A stretch of 16,959 nt of DNA, taken from positions 1 through 16,959 of the forward strand of contig CBFFRP010000523.1 in the NCBI GenBank assembly GCA_965644295.1, in the 5' to 3' direction. Source of the DNA: Paraphysomonas bandaiensis (lineage: Eukaryota; Protista; Chrysophyceae). Below are positions 8,928-16,959 of the stretch, in pieces; positions within the stretch are counted from its first letter, which is position 1; every line of letters starts with the position of its first letter. The translations under genes and the position numbers were made by a program. The notes beneath the pieces are model-generated. The model saw only the letters and a list, made by a program, of their open reading frames with translations. It searched no databases and was not told where the DNA came from.

Positions 8928-10385
8928 CTAGTAACTAAAACTAGACTTGTCCTCGTCATCCAGCGGGCGATAGGAGCTCTTCATTATTATTCTCGGTGCG
9001 CTAGCTACCCTGGATGAGGCATCAGCCGCAAGAGACTTTGCTTTAGCCGTGCTTGAGGTGGCCAATGACACAGCAGACGCCGCAGCTTTAGAAGCCCCTC
9101 CTGCAGCTCTCGCAGCAGCAACTGACACGCTTCCTAGTAGTTTCGCTTTTATTGCGGATGCCTTTGACTGACCACTCGCTTCTAAGGAATCCCCTTTGGT
9201 ACAGGGCGAACTGTCTCTAGGAAATATCGCGGCGACGAATCCAGCTGTGTTGATGCATAGACCGTTATTACTCGACGATAACGATTGTAGGAGTTTCCCA
9301 CTTTCTGTACAAGAGGATGACGGCAGCAGTGAGCGGATATTAGTGGCCGACTTCGCTGCGCCCTTGTACCCTGGAATTATTTCGTCCAAGTGCTCATCTG
9401 CGGATCCGAAATATACTGCTAAAAAAGTACTGTCAGTTACACGGACCTTAAGATCACTCCATAAAGAAGTGATTTCAATAATCTGAGTGTGTGTCATGTG
9501 ATCGTACTCTGATGACTTCTCCTTGACCACTGTGAATGCACTTGATATGTCCGACGTACTTCCATACATTCCTTCGGTGGTGTCGAAGTCTCGTAACTCA
9601 TCCTGCCGCGCCACCTTTAGCAGCGTCACAAGATTTTGAGTTTCTTTTAATCGTTCTTCAATTTTAAATACAAGCAAACGACATCCAAGGCTTGCACTGT
9701 CATGCAATAGCCGATTGGCTTCTCTATAACTTCTAATGGCAGTAGAGGCTTCTGGTGGTATTTCCAGGCATGTCTTGATATCACGAAACCGTTTAGGAGT
9801 TTCCTCTATGCCATACTGAGATTGGCCACCACTACCCATAAACTCTAGTTTGAATTCTTCCATTTGAGTCAATAACTTGTAGAGAAGGTCTCTGGTCAAA
9901 GTGCGGCCCTCCAATGTATCCTTCATGCAAAATATGGCCGTGTTTTCAGACACAGCCGAGATTACATCTGCAAATCGAGAGACATCTTTTACTTCTAAAA
10001 TATGACGAGAGCATTGGTAAGTAATAGATGCACATCGAACAATAAAAATTGCTTCTACGAGTCTTCCTTGGGCTAGCATGCACTTCAGCTCATACTTCGC
10101 ACCTTTGCGTTTCGATTGGCAGCATTGAAAACAACCTGTAGACGAAATAGGGAGCATTACTGACTTATATATGACAATACTCTGAGTTATTTTTTCAACG
10201 AAATCTTGATTGAAATGGTCAAAACAAGATGGGTCAATTTCCTCCGCTTCTCGAAGGCGTTGACAAAGAGTGGTAGCCGTAGAGGCAAGCAGATTGTGTT
10301 TATCATCTATTTGCATTCCATCAATCAACCTTGCTTGAAGCTGTTCTAATTTTAACAATGCAGATACGAGGGTTCCTCTCTCCAT
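8928..10385 (-). CDS. Hypothetical protein, 485 aa, predicted mostly helical with an Ala/Ser-rich C-terminal region
   Basis: A 1458-bp uninterrupted ATG-to-TAG frame, with an in-frame stop shortly upstream of the ATG. No family was confidently recognised. Confidence 0.8.
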   Translation of the reverse strand: MERGTLVSALLKLEQLQARLIDGMQIDDKHNLLASTATTLCQRLREAEEIDPSCFDHFNQDFVEKITQSIVIYKSVMLPISSTGCFQCCQSKRKGAKYELKCMLAQGRLVEAIFIVRCASITYQCSRHILEVKDVSRFADVISAVSENTAIFCMKDTLEGRTLTRDLLYKLLTQMEEFKLEFMGSGGQSQYGIEETPKRFRDIKTCLEIPPEASTAIRSYREANRLLHDSASLGCRLLVFKIEERLKETQNLVTLLKVARQDELRDFDTTEGMYGSTSDISSAFTVVKEKSSEYDHMTHTQIIEITSLWSDLKVRVTDSTFLAVYFGSADEHLDEIIPGYKGAAKSATNIRSLLPSSSCTESGKLLQSLSSSNNGLCINTAGFVAAIFPRDSSPCTKGDSLEASGQSKASAIKAKLLGSVSVAAARAAGGASKAAASAVSLATSSTAKAKSLAADASSRVASAPRIIMKSSYRPLDDEDKSSFSY

Positions 10386-10807
10386 AGCTTGGTTATAGTT
10401 ACTACCTCAAAGTATAGTCGGTGAAGCAGTTAATATAACGCCTCTGCAAGAAAGAGATATAAACAGTTCAAATGAGTATCTCCGAACCACGTACATTCCT
10501 TCATGACAAAGAGTGAATAAACAGCAGATAAGTCTGAAACTCCAACAACTGGCACTAGAGTAAACACTTTGTCATCCTCTCTCCGTAAAAAGACTCCAAT
10601 GAATCAATTAGATGCTATGCTATTCACCAAACCATAACTACAAACAAGATGTACTCAACTATACACGTAATAACACAGTCACTGCCCAAGTATATTTAAA
10701 GAGCCATATTTGCCACCTCCGTATCCGTATCTACCCTTGGCAGAAGAGATCTGACGTGGTATGTCACTGTTGTTTGGGGTGCAAATGGCATCAAACTAAC
10801 CCTTCTT

Positions 10808-10962
10808 ACCATACCATACCATACCATACCAGGCATATCATCATATTTTCTGTAGTTTGTACTGCATCGTGGTACAACATGTACTGCTGTACACTGTGTT
10901 GGTACATCGAACAATCTTTTCACATACAGCAGCAGTACATACTACATACTACATACTACATA
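10808..10962. repeat. Short tandem repeats in the divergent intergenic region
   Basis: About 4.5 copies of ACCAT lie at 10808-10830 and about 3.5 copies of CATACTA at 10938-10962. Confidence 0.75.
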
Positions 10963-11091
10963 GTACCTATACAGCAGTATATATAGAGGAGGCAGTGACA
11001 ACATCATGCTGCATTGTTTCTTGTAGAGATTACTGTCAGCCCGACAGCTTTGAATATCCTGCAAGCACTCTTGCATTACATCATCATTGTC

Positions 11092-14000
11092 ATGAAGGAA
11101 GATGGTATGAACTATCTGTGTGAGAATTTCTGTGTCTGACAGTGTCGTAGCTCAGCTTATATGTCCAGTGGCGTACGAGGACCCCTTCAACATGTGGAGC
11201 ACCTTAGAGGAGCCCCTCACATCCAGATTCCCATTGAGAGATGTCACTTGGAGGAGTCCGATAAGTTCTAGTCAGATTACCATTGATAAGTTACCTCTGA
11301 GGTGCATTGCCTCCAATGCCAGTCTATTCAAGGACACAGACCACCCCTTTCGCTGGTTTTTAGCTCCTTACGTTCAGATATATCTGGTTGTATGTGAGAG
11401 TATAGATGCATACAAGTCTAGTAAGTCAAAGATACGACAGTGGGTGGATGCGAGGAGCGGATCGCGCCGATCTTCTTGGCTACTTCTCTATTTACCTATG
11501 GGTACACAGTCACTGGATCAATACCAGAAAATTTACTCTAAACTGAGCTCTGACTTTTACCATGATCGAAGTGGAGATAGGACATGTATATTGTATCTAA
11601 AGGGCTACCAGGTACGCACTGGGACTTCCACAGGACCCAATTCCCATACTCTCGTATCTGACTTGATTCAGAAAATAAAGGATGGTGCTGTGGCGTCGTT
11701 TCAGCAACGGTAATGAATGCACCACGTCTATATCGAGTAGTTATTGCAGTGCGCTATGCAGGTGTGCGAACTATGACGCGGAAATTCGACGGCTGGATGC
11801 ATTGCGCGGAACTCCTGAGCTTGATTTTCGACAGCTATTTCTTGTCAAGGAAAGTCTGGCACTCATGTTTCAGATGATGCAGCTTCCCGGAGAGGCTTTG
11901 GTGCAATACGAAGAGATTGAGGCACTCCTTTCATTTGCATCTACGGCCGCGCTACCGGAAAATAACTGGCCGCTTACACCACTAGATATTCCGGGAGGGA
12001 CATCAGGTGGTAAAAAGTCGAAGACCAAAGATCGAAGTTCACTCGACTCAAGCACTAGTGGTAGCCCCACCCGTCGAAGCGTGACACACGAAGAGAACGA
12101 TAGTGGAAGTAATGTATCAAACGAGTTGTCACTCTGGGCGAATATTTGCCAACAAGGTGCCGCCCTTCTTACCTATAGCATAAATCACTCGCGCATGAAG
12201 GTGTTAAAGAATCGCATCAGTATATTGGAATTACATCATTATGTATTCGCCCGAGAATGTTTCTTTTTGCTCTCGCTAGGGCGACCTGCTGCCTGCGCAG
12301 AAAAGGGTATGATTTTCATCTCCTCTGTACACACGCAACTTCAGAAGAAGTATACTGAATTGAATCAAGCTTTGCACCTCGATGACATCAAAAATGATAT
12401 TCTTTTGCGGGCGAGAAATACAATGAAGTCTGACGGTGGAGTCGAGAAATCTGGACCCATTAATAATAGTGAACCAAACTGTGCTGAGAGGCAAACAGAA
12501 TATCTGCAGTTTATCGATCTGTGGGCAGTGATTGCTGCGGTGCAGTTGGCGCGTGGATGTCGGGATAATATTGCATCCTTAGTTTTGCGCGCCGTTTCCT
12601 CGACCACATATACCCACTCTTCTCAAGGTTCGTCCGCTTCCGAATCACCTTCAACATCTCCTGCCTTGGCCAGGAAAAAGTCCGGACCTGTTAACCCGTC
12701 ACCCCCTACTGGAGTATCACTCTCTGCTATTGATCCTGTCGTTATGTCTGCAGCCATTGACGACTCTCTCGCTGTTAAGATCCGTGATTCCGCGCGACAC
12801 ATTTGTGATCTTCTGCAGTTCGCCAAGAGAAAGCTGAATGGCTTTATTCAACCTGAATGTTGTTCTATGGTCACCTTCCGTCGACAGGCGATAAAGTTTA
12901 CGGAGGTATTTCGAGGTTGGGACTCTTATGAAACTATGGAGGTGTACAAGAACAGCATTCATAGCAATAGTTTAGTTCCTGTTGACTCAGATAGCGACAA
13001 CTTCAGGTCAGGCAACAGAGCCCAACTTTTCAGTGAATCTATTGATAATTTGGAAGAGGTATATTTCCTTTGAAGTCATTCGTACAACTTTGATTGAATA
13101 ATGTAGGCGTCGGCACTATTTCTTGCCAAAGTACAGCGCTTGGTGTCCCTCGTGTACAATAATTCCGATGATATTTCGGATTCTAATCAGGACTATTCCA
13201 CAGAAATTTCAGAACTCGGTGCTGAAGTATATGTAACTATGAGTCGACTGCTTGCTGAACATCAGGAGATTGCGGGAAGGTTTGTAAACCTTTAAAATGT
13301 GATTGTACACGGTTTGACGTGTTGGTAGATGGAGATTTGCTTGGCACTCGAAGACAGAATGTGCAGATGTATTAATCAGTCGCGGCCAATTCTCTCTAGC
13401 ACTTTCTTATTTGCGGTCTGCAATTGAATCATTACCAATTACTCCGGGTCTTATCACTTCCCATGTTACTTCTAACTCTACCTCTCTATGCCAAGGACAC
13501 GCCTCGCAGTTGCACTGGAGTAATCTACTTGCTTGGACGTTGCGGAAGGCATTGCTATGTGCACGAGCTACTCACGACAAGCGTGAGTACGTGAAGATAT
13601 GTTTGTCACTCCTAGGATCACCTATAATGGCGTCGCTTTCAGCTGAATTGGCTGCTACATTGCAAGCAGATATTTCCATGTTATCTGTAGCGTTCCCACT
13701 TCCATCTAATTTTAGCAGCAAGGAAGAAGATGACTTGAAGGTTGGATTGAAAAGAAGTAGCAGCTTTATGAATGAATCTCTTGTTCTCAATTCTGACGAC
13801 CACTTTAAGCTCAGTGTTATCACTGAAGAGAGTGATATTGTTGACACGTCTACGTACTCACAGCTTAGCGTGTCAAGCACGACGAAACTTATTCACGATG
13901 AATCGTACAAGGTCACACCGAATGTTGTATACTTATGATGACTTACATTTGATTTACCAGGTGCGAATTGCCAAGTGTTCTGTTGGAGAATCGTATTTGT

Positions 14001-15949
14001 TTCATCTTGATATAACGAGTACTTTTCCGAACCCTATTGAGGTAGACAGCGTGGTTGTTAGCTATTCACCGTTTGTACCTCTTATGCACGGTAGCCCCTA
14101 CTCCAGCCAACATAACTCTACTGCTAAAGGGGCTGCAAGTTTGAGCACTCAAGGGCATGGAATATTCAACTGCTACCCGGCCAGCGAATTTACCAGTGAA
14201 AATGGAAAGATTGTGCTGCGTCCTGGGAAGCAACTAATTGGCATAAAGTTTTCTCCTAGTCAGGGCGCGGAATATGTTGTGAGTCGAATCACTCTTAGTG
14301 TTGGCGGAATCGTATTTGTGAAAAACATTGTACCAGACATGAATAAGTTGCACCCTTTTTTCATGAACAACACATTGATCTGCGTTGGCACACCTGCCCA
14401 AGCAGTGAAATTGAGAGCATTCACACCGACCTTTTCTCCCGTTAACCAGCCTGACTTCGCTGGATTAATAATTGAAACTAATCCCGGAGATACTGTGACA
14501 TCTCTATTCGTGAGGGCCTGGGCGAAGCCAGCGTCATTTATCAGTGCTGCAGCACTCACTGAATGTCGGGGAACTGATCATAGTCATGGGCATCTTGATT
14601 CGCCACGACCATCTGTAGCAGCTGTTGAGATACAATCTCCTTCACGATGGACTGTCAGCTGCTCGTCTCAAACTCAAGCTGAAAGCGGTCGCATTGACTC
14701 ACCTAACCTGTCAGTCAGAGTCGACGGTGTCGTCATCACAGACCTCCCTTCAAGTGTAAACGCCACCTTAGTGGTTCCTTATCGGGTTATACCAGAAGTT
14801 TCTAACACGTCAGCATCGCACCAGGTGCAAAAGTATTTGATTGCATTCTTTGTTGAAGGAACGCTGTTAAGAAATGGCTGTAACATAGATTTTGAATTGG
14901 GCACTGAGTGCACAATTGTTGCTGGTGAGGTTCTCGCTGTAGAGCAGCGACCCACAGAGCAGTTCGACAAAGGGTACTTCTGTCAGTGCATTGTACGTAA
15001 CGTCTCGCCAATTCCTCTAAAATTAATCAGCTACCACAAGATAACTCCGCTTAAAACACTGAATCGATATGAACTTTGTGATGACGACTGCAACCTGGAA
15101 CTTCCCTCGGATGGAATTGTGCTTCAAACCCAGGAGTCTTATAATGTTGGTCTTCATTTAACCTATTGTAAAGGTATTCCTGATCCAATCCCTTCGTCGA
15201 AACAAAAGTTACTCCGGCATCAGCTTATGACTCTTCCTATACCTCCCACAGAAACACAGGAGTCTGTTGATACTGCGTCACTGTTGATTTTATTCCAGCG
15301 AGCCTGTCTCCCTGATCCCAGTGGTACAACTGAAATGGTCACTGTGGTAAATTTTTTTAACCGATCGTCGTTTGAGGCGGTCATCGCAGTTCCACCGCCG
15401 TTGCAACTCGGAAGTAACTTAGAGCCAGTGATGTCGATGGACTACAGCGTCTCTGCGGTGGTTAAGGCGACGTCGCAAAGTGATGAACTGTGCTCTGCAT
15501 ACATTGTAGGAGAGCCTCTTCTTTGTCAGTATTCTGTACGAATTATCTTTCCTGATGACCACATAGGAGAGCGCTGTTTCTCCGTCGGACTGGTTTCCCC
15601 TTGCTCTGAAGAATGGATGGCCATAGGAGTAACTAAAAAAGAATTTCGCTGCTCTTCTAAGGTGCGGAAGCTGATATCGATATCACTGACTATTTTCTGA
15701 CATAAAGTGCAGAGAAATTTTATTCATTATGATGCGCAGCTTATTCCAATTACTTCAGGAATAAATATGTTACCGCGTTTGCAGGTAGTAGTGTGAGATG
15801 GTATAGAATCCGGGATAATAGTTTCATGTTAGGTTGCTGTAATTGATTCCCATTCTTCAATTACCTCGGAAAGTGTAATATTGAAGACAAACAAAGAAGT
15901 AGAGATACAACCGAAGCAACGACTTGTGTGCCTATTATCAAATGATTAG
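11092..15949 (+). CDS. TRAPPC10: Trafficking protein particle complex II subunit 10 (Trs130) homolog, ~1504 aa, 8 exons
   Basis: Predicted exons are 11092-11104, 11151-11709, 11762-13058, 13107-13279, 13329-13911, 13961-15661, 15713-15784 and 15833-15949. The introns (46, 52, 48, 49, 49, 51, 48 bp) are all GT-AG and frame-consistent. Family-like motifs: PLRDVTWRSP, PYVQIYLVVCESIDAYK...IRQW, YDAEIRRLDALRGTPELDFRQLFLVKESLALMFQMMQLPGEALVQYEE, AGRWRFA, and C-terminal LIPITSGINMLP. Confidence 0.85.
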
Positions 15950-15960
15950 CTATGACTTGT

Positions 15961-16146
15961 ATTTTAGGTTTATGGTTTTATTTTGAGTTGTATCAACATA
16001 TGGATGTAAATACTAATATTGCCAAACTATTCAATTACGGTTAGGGTTAGGGTTAGGGTTATAGGCTGATCCCCACCCACATCTTACCCATTTTAAGTTT
16101 GGATCTGCTCAAGAAACATATTTCAGCAAATCATAATACTATTCGA
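15961..16146 (+). repeat. Minimal subtelomere: two diverged tandem units separated by a short telomeric tract
   Basis: Both units share ATTTTARGTTT...AACATAT...AAAT..TAATA...CTATTCRA (15961-16034 and 16090-16146). TTACGG(TTAGGG)3TTA lies at 16035-16061. Confidence 0.65.
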
Positions 16147-16959
16147 TTAGGGTTAGGGTTAGGGTTAGGGTTAGGGTTAGGGTTAGGGTTAGGGTTAGGG
16201 TTAGGGTTAGGGTTAGGGTTAGGGTTAGGGTTAGGGTTAGGGTTAGGGTTAGGGTTAGGGTTAGGGTTAGGGTTAGGGTTAGGGTTAGGGTTAGGGTTAG
16301 GGTTAGGGTTAGGGTTAGGGTTAGGGTTAGGGTTAGGGTTAGGGTTAGGGTTAGGGTTAGGGTTAGGGTTAGGGTTAGGGTTAGGGTTAGGGTTAGGGTT
16401 AGGGTTAGGGTTAGGGTTAGGGTTAGGGTTAGGGTTAGGGTTAGGGTTAGGGTTAGGGTTAGGGTTAGGGTTAGGGTTAGGGTTAGGGTTAGGGTTAGGG
16501 TTAGGGTTAGGGTTAGGGTTAGGGTTAGGGTTAGGGTTAGGGTTAGGGTTAGGGTTAGGGTTAGGGTTAGGGTTAGGGTTAGGGTTAGGGTTAGGGTTAG
16601 GGTTAGGGTTAGGGTTAGGGTTAGGGTTAGGGTTAGGGTTAGGGTTAGGGTTAGGGTTAGGGTTAGGGTTAGGGTTAGGGTTAGGGTTAGGGTTAGGGTT
16701 AGGGTTAGGGTTAGGGTTAGGGTTAGGGTTAGGGTTAGGGTTAGGGTTAGGGTTAGGGTTAGGGTTAGGGTTAGGGTTAGGGTTAGGGTTAGGGTTAGGG
16801 TTAGGGTTAGGGTTAGGGTTAGGGTTAGGGTTAGGGTTAGGGTTAGGGTTAGGGTTAGGGTTAGGGTTAGGGTTAGGGTTAGGGTTAGGGTTAGGGTTAG
16901 GGTTAGGGTTAGGGTTAGGGTTAGGGTTAGGGTTAGGGTTAGGGTTAGGGTTAGGGTTC
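16147..16959 (+). repeat. Telomere, (TTAGGG)135
   Basis: A perfect TTAGGG array runs 16147-16956, with the G-strand oriented toward the sequence end and a terminal TTC. Confidence 0.99.

Noticed and set aside
10612-11123. ORFs in the divergent intergenic region
   Set aside because: They are driven by low-complexity ACCAT and CATACTA repeats and are not protein-like.
11870-15011. Multiple minus-strand ORFs within TRAPPC10
   Set aside because: They are antisense shadows of long coding exons.
16957-16959. Terminal TTC breaking the telomere repeat
   Set aside because: It is a single-base deviation at the sequence edge, most likely a read or assembly end artefact.

Overview
This is a eukaryotic chromosome end with the standard genetic code and mostly 45-54 bp GT-AG introns. 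It is probably a protist, possibly a stramenopile (inference only). From left to right it contains: (1) decayed repeats with a hAT transposase 3' relic (~640-1148); (2) a 5-exon multi-pass membrane protein gene, TOM1/GPR137-like (minus, 2162-3652); (3) an orphan transposon end (3790-3884); (4) tRNA-Leu(UAA) (minus, 3987-4072); (5) an apparently intact 3.3 kb pogo-like DNA transposon (4182-7486) with a spliced 676-aa transposase and an atypical 4-bp GACT flanking duplication instead of TA; (6) interstitial telomere seeds; (7) a 485-aa unknown ORF with no coding-region intron (minus); (8) an 8-exon TRAPPC10/Trs130 gene (11092-15949) that stops ~200 bp before 135 TTAGGG repeats. Two signals stand out. 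The first is a non-TA pogo element whose 17-bp end motif resembles both the CENP-B box and the T-arm of the adjacent tRNA gene, with family ends on both sides of that tRNA. The second is a conserved ACTATTCRA motif directly before telomeric repeats at three places, including the true telomere junction and a site 8.5 kb inside. All alignments and family calls were made by eye; no searches were run.
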